DNA of 64,000 nucleotides from Candidatus Omnitrophota bacterium (GTDB lineage Bacteria > Omnitrophota > Gorgyraeia > Gygaellales > Profunditerraquicolaceae). Where the stretch lies: assembly GCA_003598025.1 (NCBI GenBank), contig QZKH01000003.1, positions 375,221 to 439,220 of the forward strand, given 5' to 3'. Position numbers and translations under genes: made by a program. The notes beneath the pieces are model-generated. The model searched no databases. It saw nothing but the letters and a program-made list of their open reading frames with translations, and was not told the DNA's origin. Below, one piece after another: positions 49,848 through 58,519 of this stretch. Numbering within the stretch: position 1 is the first letter of the stretch; every line of letters starts with the position of its first letter.

Positions 49848-50078
49848 TTACACTCCGTTTTGAAATAGATAATCTTTAACCCTTCGGTAACAATCAAACA
49901 GCTTGCGCGCCTCTGAATCGGCATAAAAGTCCTCGCAGGCCTTATGAACAGCCGGGATGTCGTCAAACAAGACCCGCTTAAGCCTCCCCGAACCTTCAAT
50001 ACCCCGCATGGCAAACCCGCAATAAAGTAAATACGTAGCCAAATAGAGATTCCCTGCCTCAAAATGCTTGTTTTTCAT
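49848..50078 (-). CDS. Small hypothetical protein (DUF5659-like) upstream of the primase
   Basis: NLYLATYLLYCGF motif; AGGAGG RBS; 2 bp gap to the primase start. Confidence 0.6.
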   Translation of the reverse strand: MKNKHFEAGNLYLATYLLYCGFAMRGIEGSGRLKRVLFDDIPAVHKACEDFYADSEARKLFDCYRRVKDYLFQNGV

Positions 50079-50088
50079 AGTTTCAATG

Positions 50089-50400
50089 CCTCCTACTAGC
50101 TACATACGCAAGGATTTGGAAAACTGACGGAAATATTTTCATTTTTTTCGACCCTCTACTAGCTACATACGACGTTTTTTGTAAAACTGACGGAAATATT
50201 TTCACTTTCTTCACCACTTTCACTCCCCTAAGCGTATATTCCCCTTTTTCCCGAAAAGTGTCGGAACTTTCTGCCCCCTCATAGGTGATTACGCAAAATT
50301 TCCAAAAGTGTCGGGGCTCTCACCTATGTACACGCAATATTTTTCAAAGTGTCGAACTGCCCTTCTACTAACCCATACAGGAACTTTCCCGAAACTGGCG
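50089..50400 (-). repeat. Array of six degenerate bipartite repeats (promoter-like)
   Basis: Two copies of CTACTAGCTACATACG-N11-AAAACTGACGGAAATATTTTCA, three AAAGTGTCG-type units and one AAACTGGCG unit. Confidence 0.75.
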
Positions 50401-50419
50401 TAACTATTTACGCCTAACA

Positions 50420-50500
50420 AGAAAAAGCCATCTCCGGCCAATTGACTGGAAATGGCTTTTCCCGCACAGGCGAAACAGTGATCAGCTGTCCCGTAAGTCT
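50420..50500 (-). ncRNA. Candidate small structured RNA ending in an intrinsic terminator
   Basis: TTGAGA-16 bp-TAAAAT promoter upstream; GACAG-CTGATCA-CTGTT stem-loop; AAAAGCCATTTCC...GGAGATGGCTTTTT terminator; no ORF. Confidence 0.45.
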
Positions 50501-50570
50501 ATTTTAATTTTATAACAGCGCGAATCTTTCTCAAGGGGGTCGTTACTACAAAATAGCAATAATTAGAAGA

Positions 50571-50596
50571 GGGCCTTTTTGCTAAAAAAGGCTTTT
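50571..50596 (-). terminator. Hairpin downstream of arsC
   Basis: GCCTTTTT-GCTA-AAAAAGGC inverted repeat. Confidence 0.5.
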
Positions 50597-50611
50597 GGAA
50601 GGAGTAATTCT

Positions 50612-51037
50612 TTATATTGACTTAATCCACTCTTTGATTTTTACTTCTATCTGATCTCTGACCTCTTTTGTTTTCTTCAGCTTCTCTTCCGGCGATCCAG
50701 TAAAAGCGGATGGGTCCGGGAATCCCCAGTGAAGTTTTTGCGCAATGCCCGGGAATATCGGGCACCTCTCCGATTGCGATTCATCGCAGACGGTAACCAC
50801 ATAATTGTAGAGTTTGCCTTGCTTATAAAAATCAAACACACTCTTGGTTTTATTCTGCGAAATATCGATCCCGGCGTCTTTCATCGCCTCGACTACAACG
50901 GGATTGAGCTTGCCCGGCTCAAGGCCTGCGCTCTCCACCTCAAAACGATCGCCTGCATATTTCTTCAAGAATGCCTCTGCCATCTGCGAGCGCGCAGAGT
51001 TGTGAATACATACAAACAAAACCTTTTTCTTATCCAT
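50612..51037 (-). CDS. arsC: Arsenate reductase (LMW-PTP/thioredoxin type)
   Basis: [32 protein letters not shown]. Confidence 0.92.
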   Translation of the reverse strand: MDKKKVLFVCIHNSARSQMAEAFLKKYAGDRFEVESAGLEPGKLNPVVVEAMKDAGIDISQNKTKSVFDFYKQGKLYNYVVTVCDESQSERCPIFPGIAQKLHWGFPDPSAFTGSPEEKLKKTKEVRDQIEVKIKEWIKSI

Positions 51038-52130
51038 GGCTACCGCCCGATAATTTAAACCAATTTTGGGTTCTCAAACAAACCTTAACCAGCATCAGCA
51101 TCACCGGCACTTCGATAAGGACTCCTACAACCGTTGCCAGTGACGCTCCGGATGAAAGTCCGAAAAGAATTGTCGAAGTGGCGATAGCCACCTCAAAGTG
51201 ATTGCTCGCCCCTACCAACGCCGACGGTGCCGCATCCCGATACGACAGCTTCAACCATTTTGCCAAAGCATATGTTATGGCGAAAATAAGGCAGGTTTGA
51301 ATGAAAAGCGGTATCGCTATAAGAAAAATTATTTGCGGCTGGTTAATGATCAACTCCCCCTTAAAAGAAAACAACAAAACCAGCGTCAATAGCAATGCGC
51401 ATATCGAAACCGGCGTCAGATAATGCAGGAATTTCTCCTCAAACCACTTGAATCCTTTCTTGGCGATCAGCAATTTTCTTGAGTAATAGCCCAGGAGTAG
51501 CGGTAACCCGACATAGATCACCACTGACAATACGATTGTCTGCCACGGAATAGGCATTTTATTCACACCCAAGAGCCATCCACCAAGCGGCGCATACAGA
51601 AACAGCATTGTGAGGGAATTGATAGCTACCATAACAAGCGTGTGGCCGTCGTTTCCTCTAGCCAAATGCCCCCAGATCAGAACCATGGCCGTGCATGGCG
51701 CTATGCCTAACAAAATGCATCCTGCGATATACGACCGAAACAATTCGACCTGCGCCCCGCCTTTAACAATCTCCATCCCCGGAAGCCACCCTTTAAACAA
51801 TACCCCAAGGAAAAGCCATGCGATCGCAAGCATCGTAAACGGTTTTATGCACCAGTTCACAACTAAAGTCAGAATAACCGGCTTAGGCGCCTTTCCTGCT
51901 TTAATGACCTCCGCAAAATCAATCTTGACCATGATCGGGTACATCATGAAGAATAGGCAGATTGCGATAGGAATAGACACTTGATAAATCGAGATCTGAT
52001 CCAACGCCACCGCCACCTGCGGAAACAACTTGCCCAAAGCGATCCCAATTCCGATACAAAGCACTACCCATCCAGTGAGATACTTCTCGAAAAAGCTTAA
52101 TTTTCGTTCCTCATGAATAACGTGTTCCAT
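51030..52130 (-). CDS. acr3: Arsenite efflux transporter, Acr3 family
   Basis: [39 protein letters not shown]. Confidence 0.95.
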   Translation of the reverse strand: MEHVIHEERKLSFFEKYLTGWVVLCIGIGIALGKLFPQVAVALDQISIYQVSIPIAICLFFMMYPIMVKIDFAEVIKAGKAPKPVILTLVVNWCIKPFTMLAIAWLFLGVLFKGWLPGMEIVKGGAQVELFRSYIAGCILLGIAPCTAMVLIWGHLARGNDGHTLVMVAINSLTMLFLYAPLGGWLLGVNKMPIPWQTIVLSVVIYVGLPLLLGYYSRKLLIAKKGFKWFEEKFLHYLTPVSICALLLTLVLLFSFKGELIINQPQIIFLIAIPLFIQTCLIFAITYALAKWLKLSYRDAAPSALVGASNHFEVAIATSTILFGLSSGASLATVVGVLIEVPVMLMLVKVCLRTQNWFKLSGGSHG

Positions 52131-52139
52131 CCGCCCTCC

Positions 52140-52826
52140 TTAAAATAACCGCAGGATATAAATTCCTGTGTAATAAAGACCGACAAGAATAAAAATCACC
52201 CCGGTAATTCTACGGGTAAAAAATTCCAGCTTCGTGATCTTATTAAACCAATGGCTCATTGAAGTCACGCCCAATGCGATAGCGACAGCGAACACCAGCA
52301 CCGGAAGTCCTGTCCCTATCCCATAAATAAACGGCAATAGCGTCCCTGCTTTGCTATTAAGCGCTAATGGTATCAAACTGCCGAAGAATAACGCCGCTGA
52401 AACCGGACAAAACGCTAAAGCGAATATCAATCCCAAAAGAAAAGCGCCGGGAGCTCCGGACTCAACAAGTTTATTGTGATGTTTTTGAGACAATGCCACA
52501 CCGGGCAATTTTATCGTGATCACTTCAAGTAAAAATAATCCGGTGATTATCAAGAGAGGCCCTAAGGCCTTGACCATGTATTTCTGCAAAAACTGCGCCA
52601 CCTGCGGAACACTTAAAAGCGAACTGATAATGATCCAGCCAAGCACTGCATACGCCGCCATCCTGCCGAGCGTATAAGCCAGTCCTGAAATGAATACCAT
52701 AACCGGATGCGCAATTTTCTTCGAGAGAAAAGACACCGCCGCGATGTTTGTCGCCAAGGGACAAGGACTGATTGACGTTAATATCCCCAGCCACAGCGCA
52801 GACCCCAAAGCGATCAATAGCTCCAT
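52140..52826 (-). CDS. ArsG-like / DsbD-CcdA-type membrane protein
   Basis: SISPCPLATN and AFCPVSAALFFG Cys-Pro motifs; multiple TM helices. Confidence 0.78.
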   Translation of the reverse strand: MELLIALGSALWLGILTSISPCPLATNIAAVSFLSKKIAHPVMVFISGLAYTLGRMAAYAVLGWIIISSLLSVPQVAQFLQKYMVKALGPLLIITGLFLLEVITIKLPGVALSQKHHNKLVESGAPGAFLLGLIFALAFCPVSAALFFGSLIPLALNSKAGTLLPFIYGIGTGLPVLVFAVAIALGVTSMSHWFNKITKLEFFTRRITGVIFILVGLYYTGIYILRLF

Positions 52827-53245
52827 TATTGCGCGTCCTTCATAAATGCGTTTACCTCACCAGTCACGTAATCCATAAACTTTTGCTTATTGCGGGCAAG
52901 CTCCCAAATCTTGTCGAGATTTTTTGACTTTACTTCCTTGCCGTCCTTGACCAGAGAAAGAATGAGCGTTTTCGTATACAGCTTATAGTCATTTACGAAA
53001 TGTTCGTTGCCCTTCTCCTCGACATTAACCGCCTTAAACTCAAGCCCGCCGGAAGCAAGGGCATCCTTAAAGTTTGCATCAATCGCTTCTCTTGAGTATT
53101 TCTCCATTGCGGTGCATGTAGGACACCGAAACGATCCATGAAAATAATACGCTATGACTTTCGCCTGCGGGCTTGATTGCGCTAAAGCGAAAGACCCGGC
53201 ACTAAGTGCCGCAACAACCGCAAGAACCTGAATTATTCTTTTCAC
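52826..53245 (-). CDS. ArsF-like secreted thioredoxin-fold protein
   Basis: Signal peptide, YYFHGSFRCPTC; probable GTG start at 53245 with AGGAGG. Confidence 0.72.
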   Translation of the reverse strand: MKRIIQVLAVVAALSAGSFALAQSSPQAKVIAYYFHGSFRCPTCTAMEKYSREAIDANFKDALASGGLEFKAVNVEEKGNEHFVNDYKLYTKTLILSLVKDGKEVKSKNLDKIWELARNKQKFMDYVTGEVNAFMKDAQ

Positions 53246-53483
53246 ATCCGCCTCCTGAAAGGATTGTTTTGATCTCATTCTTACTTAAGACTTTCCCGGA
53301 TGAAACCACCTTGCCGTCAATGGCCAGCCCGGGCGTCATCATGACACCGTATTCGGTGATCTTGTCGATATCCGTCACCTTACCGATCTCAGCTTGAATA
53401 TTTAATTCTTTCACAGCCGCCTCAGCATTCGCCGTAAGCTGTTTGCATTTAGGACAACCGACACCTAATATCTCAATTTTCAT
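53202..53483 (-). CDS. Small redox-active disulfide protein (thioredoxin-like) with Cys-rich tail
   Basis: MKIEILGVGCPKC...YGVMMTPGLAIDG; start at 53483. Confidence 0.85.
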   Translation of the reverse strand: MKIEILGVGCPKCKQLTANAEAAVKELNIQAEIGKVTDIDKITEYGVMMTPGLAIDGKVVSSGKVLSKNEIKTILSGGGCEKNNSGSCGCCGT

Positions 53484-53496
53484 TTTAAGCCTCCAA

Positions 53497-54279
53497 TTAT
53501 TTTTTAACTGCCGCAACCTTTACGCTAGCTATTGCATCTTGGGCGGCATCAAGATTATCAAACATAGCGTCTACTGGATAACTTGACTCGCTTATAACCT
53601 TGACGTCCTTAAATCCCGCTTGTTTAATAAAACCCAGATATTCCTCTTTTTTAATGGCTCCGGCAAGGCATCCCACATACGCCTCAACAGAATCTTTGAT
53701 TTTTTTCGGCAGATCTTTCGCCAATACCAAGTCCGAAACCATCAGCCTACCGCCTGTTCTTAAAACCCTATAAGCCTCCTTGAAAACCGCTTCTTTATCA
53801 GGCGAAAGGTTAATGACACAGTTTGAAATAATAACGTCAATGGAATTGTCCTCAACGGGTAATTTCTCAATCTCACCTAAACGAAATTCAATATTGGAAT
53901 ACTTACCCTTCTTAGCATTCTCATTCGCTTTAGAGACCATCTCGGGTGTCATATCAACGCCAATAACCCTGCCGGTCTTGCCAACTCGTTGTGCTGATAA
54001 GAAAGCGTCGAATCCCGCACCGCTCCCCAGATCAAGCACCACATCCCCTTCTTTTAACGAGGCCAGAGCAACTGGATTCCCACACCCAAAGCCTAAATTC
54101 GCCCCTTCGGGTACAGCGTTCATTTCAGATTCGCTATAGCCTACCTTTTTGCTGATGTCTTCCGCCTGTGTTACGCCGCCACAGCATGAACTTGATGAAC
54201 AGCATGATTTTTTCTGCGACAACGCTTTTGTATAGCCTTCTCTGACAATCTTTTTAATTTTATCCGCTTCGTTTCTCAT
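53497..54279 (-). CDS. arsM: Arsenite S-adenosylmethionine methyltransferase
   Basis: GFGCGNP, LDLGSGAGFD, ISNCVINL, VGCLAGA. Confidence 0.92.
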   Translation of the reverse strand: MRNEADKIKKIVREGYTKALSQKKSCCSSSSCCGGVTQAEDISKKVGYSESEMNAVPEGANLGFGCGNPVALASLKEGDVVLDLGSGAGFDAFLSAQRVGKTGRVIGVDMTPEMVSKANENAKKGKYSNIEFRLGEIEKLPVEDNSIDVIISNCVINLSPDKEAVFKEAYRVLRTGGRLMVSDLVLAKDLPKKIKDSVEAYVGCLAGAIKKEEYLGFIKQAGFKDVKVISESSYPVDAMFDNLDAAQDAIASVKVAAVKK

Positions 54280-54280
54280 T

Positions 54281-54445
54281 TTATATCCCTTCCCTCCTCA
54301 TTTTCGAGGCGTTCTCTTTATCAACTTGCTTCTTGATCACTTCTTTGACAAAATCCAAGGCGCCATCTTTATCCCTGTCGATTACGATTCGCTCAACTCT
54401 AAGCAAATCATCCTCAGTAAGATTGATGGTCTTTTTAATTATCAT
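54281..54445 (-). CDS. 54-aa hypothetical protein not in the ORF track
   Basis: MIIKKTINLTEDDLLRVERIVIDRDKDGALDFVKEVIKKQVDKENASKMRREGI; ATGA overlap with the permease stop; ends 1 bp before the arsM start. Confidence 0.7.
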   Translation of the reverse strand: MIIKKTINLTEDDLLRVERIVIDRDKDGALDFVKEVIKKQVDKENASKMRREGI

Positions 54446-55614
54446 TTAACCACCGCTCCAAAAATCATACCACTGATAGTTGCCATGACCACAACTAAAG
54501 CCACATACACTGCTGTTTTTTTGGTTCCCATGATGCTCCGAAGCACAAGCATGCTCGGCAAGCTCAAAGCAGGCCCGGCCAAGAGAAGCGCCAAAGCAGG
54601 CCCTTTACCCATTCCTGAGTTCATCAATCCCTGTAATATAGGCACTTCTGTAAGCGTGGCGAAATACATAAATGCCGCCACAATTGATGAGAAGAAATTC
54701 GCCCATAACGAATTGCCGCCAACAAGCATGGTCACATATCGTGAAGGGATAACTCCCTCATGTCCTACCCTACCAAGCAGAAAACCTGAAACTAAAACTC
54801 CTCCTAAAAGAAGCGGCAATATCTGAAGCGCAAAACCCCATGTCGCTCCAGTCCATTCTCTTAACTCATCCCTTTTGAACCACTTGAAGAGCATAATCGC
54901 TAAGCTCATAAAAGATAATCCAGCGATCCACCATTTATACTGATAAATTATTGACCAAATACCATGATCACCCTCAAGCGGCTTCCCCCAGTTAGCAAAC
55001 ACCAAAAAAGCTACCATTGAGGCGAAATATAAAACGGTTTTACCTAAGGAGCGGGTTTCTTTTAACTCTCCAACATTGAAGTCCCCATTGGCGTGACGAG
55101 CCCTTTCTTCTTTTAAAAAGATGAGATGCATTAATAGTCCGATGACAACACTAAATACCACCGCTCCAATAGCTCGTGCCAACCCTAGCTCCCACCCAAG
55201 GATACGTGCGGTTAGAATGATTGCTAAAACATTTATGGCAGGCCCGGAATATAGAAAAGCGATCGCGGGTCCAAGCCCTGCCCCTCTTTTGTATATGCCT
55301 GAAAATAGCGGTAAAACCGTACAAGAACAAACAGCGAGAATTGTTCCCGACACAGAAGCGACACTATAAGAAAGGAATTTATTCGCCTTAGCCCCGAAAT
55401 ACTTCATCACGGACGCTTGGCTGACAAAAACAGATATCGCTCCGGCTATAAAGAACGCCGGAACAAGACACAAAAGCACGTGCTCCCGGGCGTACCATTT
55501 AACAAGAGCCAGAGCCTCAAAGACAGCATTGGTAAAACGAAGATTTTCTACCGGCAGGTAAAAACAGCCTAAGAATATGGCGGCAATATAAAGAAACTTC
55601 TTCCACTCTTTCAT
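54442..55614 (-). CDS. ArsP-like (DUF318) permease
   Basis: AVCSCTVLP, FLYSGPAIN, YFATLTEVP, GPALSLPS; start MKEW at 55614. Confidence 0.85.
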   Translation of the reverse strand: MKEWKKFLYIAAIFLGCFYLPVENLRFTNAVFEALALVKWYAREHVLLCLVPAFFIAGAISVFVSQASVMKYFGAKANKFLSYSVASVSGTILAVCSCTVLPLFSGIYKRGAGLGPAIAFLYSGPAINVLAIILTARILGWELGLARAIGAVVFSVVIGLLMHLIFLKEERARHANGDFNVGELKETRSLGKTVLYFASMVAFLVFANWGKPLEGDHGIWSIIYQYKWWIAGLSFMSLAIMLFKWFKRDELREWTGATWGFALQILPLLLGGVLVSGFLLGRVGHEGVIPSRYVTMLVGGNSLWANFFSSIVAAFMYFATLTEVPILQGLMNSGMGKGPALALLLAGPALSLPSMLVLRSIMGTKKTAVYVALVVVMATISGMIFGAVVK

Positions 55615-55919
55615 TTCTTGACCGTCCTCCCTCCAATAGTACAGCAACCGCCTTCAATACGGATCGCCTTAACATTCACCAGCGCGTCTGTGACTTTTTT
55701 GCAGGCTGATGCAACAATCCGCGAAAATGTCGGCCGGGATATCTTCATAAGTTTTGCCGCATCCCTCTGCTTCATCGCTTCCAAGCAGGCCAGCCGCATC
55801 GCCTCAAATTCATCGATGCTTAAAACAACACCTTCGAGTTTATTCAAAGGCTTGCATTTTGGCCGGAAACATCTCTCCCCCGGCAAACATTTAACCCATC
55901 TTGTTTTCTTTGGACGCAT
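55611..55919 (-). CDS. DUF134-family HTH protein, probable regulator of the ars cluster
   Basis: MRPKKTR...DEFEAMRL...AAKLMKISRPTFSRI...AIRIEGG. Confidence 0.82.
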   Translation of the reverse strand: MRPKKTRWVKCLPGERCFRPKCKPLNKLEGVVLSIDEFEAMRLACLEAMKQRDAAKLMKISRPTFSRIVASACKKVTDALVNVKAIRIEGGCCTIGGRTVKK

Positions 55920-55933
55920 AAATAGACCTTTCG

Positions 55934-55984
55934 GTTATGAACATTGGTTCATAACAATTTTAACACAAAGCGGATCAATGTCAA
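55934..55984 (-). promoter_or_regulatory. Promoter and palindromic operator of the ars cluster
   Basis: TTGACA-16 bp-TAAAAT followed directly by perfect GTTATGAAC-N4-GTTCATAAC (55934-55955). Confidence 0.78.
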
Positions 55985-56021
55985 TGACAAAACATTCATG
56001 CGGCTACAAAATTGGTAATAA

Positions 56022-58505
56022 TTATTTGGAGGGTTTTGAAGCTGAGGAATTATTGGTATTGGATTTTTGTCTTCTTGACAATCGCTTCTGTCTTGTCTGT
56101 TCATACCATGTCCAATATGATTCAATACCCAGATGCATCTGTTGCGTCGCATCACACAAATTCTGAATTCCATCACGAATATGCCAATTATTGGCAAATG
56201 CTTCGTATGGCGTCCCCTTATCTTTCCAGCAAGAAGGTGGCTCAAAGTCATCAAATAGCTCAATGCCGGTTAGAATTAAAACGGGATTTACCCACTGCTC
56301 GGCTTTTAGATGTTTTCTGCCTCGCCTTGCCAAACTTGCAATCAACTTCTTTTCACGATCTTTTAAAGTCTTACGTAAAGTACAGAACGCAATAATAGCA
56401 CCCGGGAATTTATCCGCTATCACCCTCATGCGGCCCACATCTGCTTGAGTAAACTCATTGAAAGATTTACATTCTCCGAAAATAATTAACGGAGTCTTGA
56501 TTTCATCCATGCGGCCTTCCGATAAAAACATTCCAAAATCAGCTTCAAGCGGTTTCTCTTCTTTGGCTTTAAGAATAAATGACGGGATCCAAGTCATTTC
56601 GTTTGATAATCCATGGCCGCCAAAGAACTCTAAGCTAAGAGCGACACAATATCCGCCTTGTGCATAATTTTCGACTGAGAAAGGCCCGATTGTCCTCAAA
56701 TGCCAATTGTTCTCGGATATTGGTCTAACAATAGGAAAATCAAACTTCTCAAGGCATCTTTCGCAGACTACCATGTCAGATAAATCATCCAAGGAGTACC
56801 ATGTTCTCTGAGCACATTCAGGACACTGTAACGTTACTCCCCCTTTAAGAATTTTGTAGCCAAGCAAATTCTGAAGTCGTCTTTCAGCAATCTCGGGTGA
56901 ATTAGCTAGGCTGATTCTTTGCAATAAATCCTGCCATTTTTTCACTGGTACCGTCTTTGCGCGCACCTTCGATTTAATCTCTCCCTCGGCAGAACCTTCA
57001 ACTTCAGTTTCCACTGCGGCATGAGACATATCGTTTAGAAGCTTAACTATTTCTTCATCCTGAAATGCCCTTGCCCCATGTATGCCACCAACAGAGTCAA
57101 TGATCTTTAGCGAAATTCGCCCCGAACCAGAGAGCTCGATATCATAGCCTTGCTCCTTGAACCATGCCTCAAACACTTTCAGACTGCTGGGAATCTCAAA
57201 AAAATGGCTCCATTCATAATGTTCACAAGGAATATTAATGCCTTCATTAGATACCCAAGCCTTATGAAAGCTATGAGCTCCAAACAGATGGTATGCGTCT
57301 TTTAAATTCCTAGGGAGCACGGTCGGGCAATCATATCTTTTATAAAAATCTTTAAGCTTGAGAGTGTTCATCCAGCGAGGTTTTCCACCCCCACCGTAGC
57401 GGTCTACAAAACTTGGAGAAATATCTTTAAATCGCGCATAATCATCGTCCAAAGATATCTCTTCCGACTCTTCTTTCGCTACAATTGAGCAAAGCTCAAC
57501 ATGGTCTTTGTCTTTCGCCCATTCATCCCACATGCGCGGATACCAGTGCTGTAATGAATAAGCGTGATCTCCCGGGGAAGTTAATTTCTTGGAAAAAGCC
57601 TGCATCTCATCCATAGAGGATGATCGTGAGCAAATAAAAGTCGTATGGTGCATCATGTCCTTATTATGTCGGTAAGGCACATAATTATGCTTGATGATTC
57701 CATTGACCAAATCAATATAATGATCCGCATATTGTTTTGGAAGCGGCAACACATCCCTGCCCACTGCTCTTAAATTCCAATAGTCAACGATATCAAGCCA
57801 TGAGGTCGCGTCCATAAAGAATATCGACGCATCCGCCCTCCAGCCACGCGGAGACGCTTTAAGCTCGGCACGTGTTATCCTCATTGGAGAAACGCCTTCA
57901 TTTAAGAAGCATTCGAGAAAATTATTCGGCTTAATGAGCAAATCCTTGGCGTTAAAGCAATGACAATAATTTTTCTTAACATATGCCATTTCTTTCTTAT
58001 CAGGAAAATCGCCAAAACTACAGGCTGACAGCAAGGATATTTCCCTTGACGGCTTTGGACAAAATACTTTGATACGATGCCGCCGCTCAAACTTAAAATC
58101 CTTATCATACAAGTGCCAATATAAGTCGGTCACATCTACACCATACGATATTGGCTCTTCATCTTTACTATTCATAACGTCATCAAAGGACAGGAGTCGC
58201 TCTTTATCGAAAAGTGATCCGGCTATTTTCTGCTTATCTTTTACAACAAGATAATCCGGATCGAATGAATCCAAATACCCCTTAGTGATAGATGAGGCTG
58301 GAGGATGGCGGAATCGACGATCTTCCCAATTAGGTGGCGTTTTCTTGAAGTAAGGAATTATAGGATTATAAACCCCTCCCCACAGACAAGTATTAATCTT
58401 GAACACTTCTCGTAGGGTTCGGTTATCGTCCTTCTTAACCAAAAATGCAAGCCTGATCGGACGCAGTTTTTTATCAATCGTGATTTTCTTATCTTTTATC
58501 GCCAT
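56022..58505 (-). CDS. Large hypothetical protein with Zn ribbon and C-terminal PD-(D/E)XK-like motif
   Basis: CPEC..CERC; EADF...FGECKS; starts 14 bp after the hsdS stop. Confidence 0.6.
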   Translation of the reverse strand: MAIKDKKITIDKKLRPIRLAFLVKKDDNRTLREVFKINTCLWGGVYNPIIPYFKKTPPNWEDRRFRHPPASSITKGYLDSFDPDYLVVKDKQKIAGSLFDKERLLSFDDVMNSKDEEPISYGVDVTDLYWHLYDKDFKFERRHRIKVFCPKPSREISLLSACSFGDFPDKKEMAYVKKNYCHCFNAKDLLIKPNNFLECFLNEGVSPMRITRAELKASPRGWRADASIFFMDATSWLDIVDYWNLRAVGRDVLPLPKQYADHYIDLVNGIIKHNYVPYRHNKDMMHHTTFICSRSSSMDEMQAFSKKLTSPGDHAYSLQHWYPRMWDEWAKDKDHVELCSIVAKEESEEISLDDDYARFKDISPSFVDRYGGGGKPRWMNTLKLKDFYKRYDCPTVLPRNLKDAYHLFGAHSFHKAWVSNEGINIPCEHYEWSHFFEIPSSLKVFEAWFKEQGYDIELSGSGRISLKIIDSVGGIHGARAFQDEEIVKLLNDMSHAAVETEVEGSAEGEIKSKVRAKTVPVKKWQDLLQRISLANSPEIAERRLQNLLGYKILKGGVTLQCPECAQRTWYSLDDLSDMVVCERCLEKFDFPIVRPISENNWHLRTIGPFSVENYAQGGYCVALSLEFFGGHGLSNEMTWIPSFILKAKEEKPLEADFGMFLSEGRMDEIKTPLIIFGECKSFNEFTQADVGRMRVIADKFPGAIIAFCTLRKTLKDREKKLIASLARRGRKHLKAEQWVNPVLILTGIELFDDFEPPSCWKDKGTPYEAFANNWHIRDGIQNLCDATQQMHLGIESYWTWYEQTRQKRLSRRQKSNTNNSSASKPSK

Positions 58506-58519
58506 ATTCTTTAAAAATC

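Noticed and set aside
49751-50062. 103-aa alternative-frame ORF overlapping the DUF5659-like and primase genes
   Set aside because: It has no RBS, and the 76-aa ORF has a clear AGGAGG and abuts the primase start.
50089-50400. CRISPR array interpretation of the repeat array
   Set aside because: Units are degenerate, the period is irregular (about 41-71 bp), variable parts are only 10-11 bp, repeats are not palindromic and no cas genes are in view.
50455-50500. c-di-GMP-I riboswitch resemblance (CGCACAGG.GAAAC on the plus strand)
   Set aside because: The second stem with its tetraloop receptor is missing and no plus-strand gene follows; the promoter and terminator point to the minus strand.
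54326-56395. ORFs 54326-54826(+), 55618-56166(+), 55949-56263(-) and 56012-56395(+)
   Set aside because: They overlap better-supported genes and the promoter/operator, and have no motifs.
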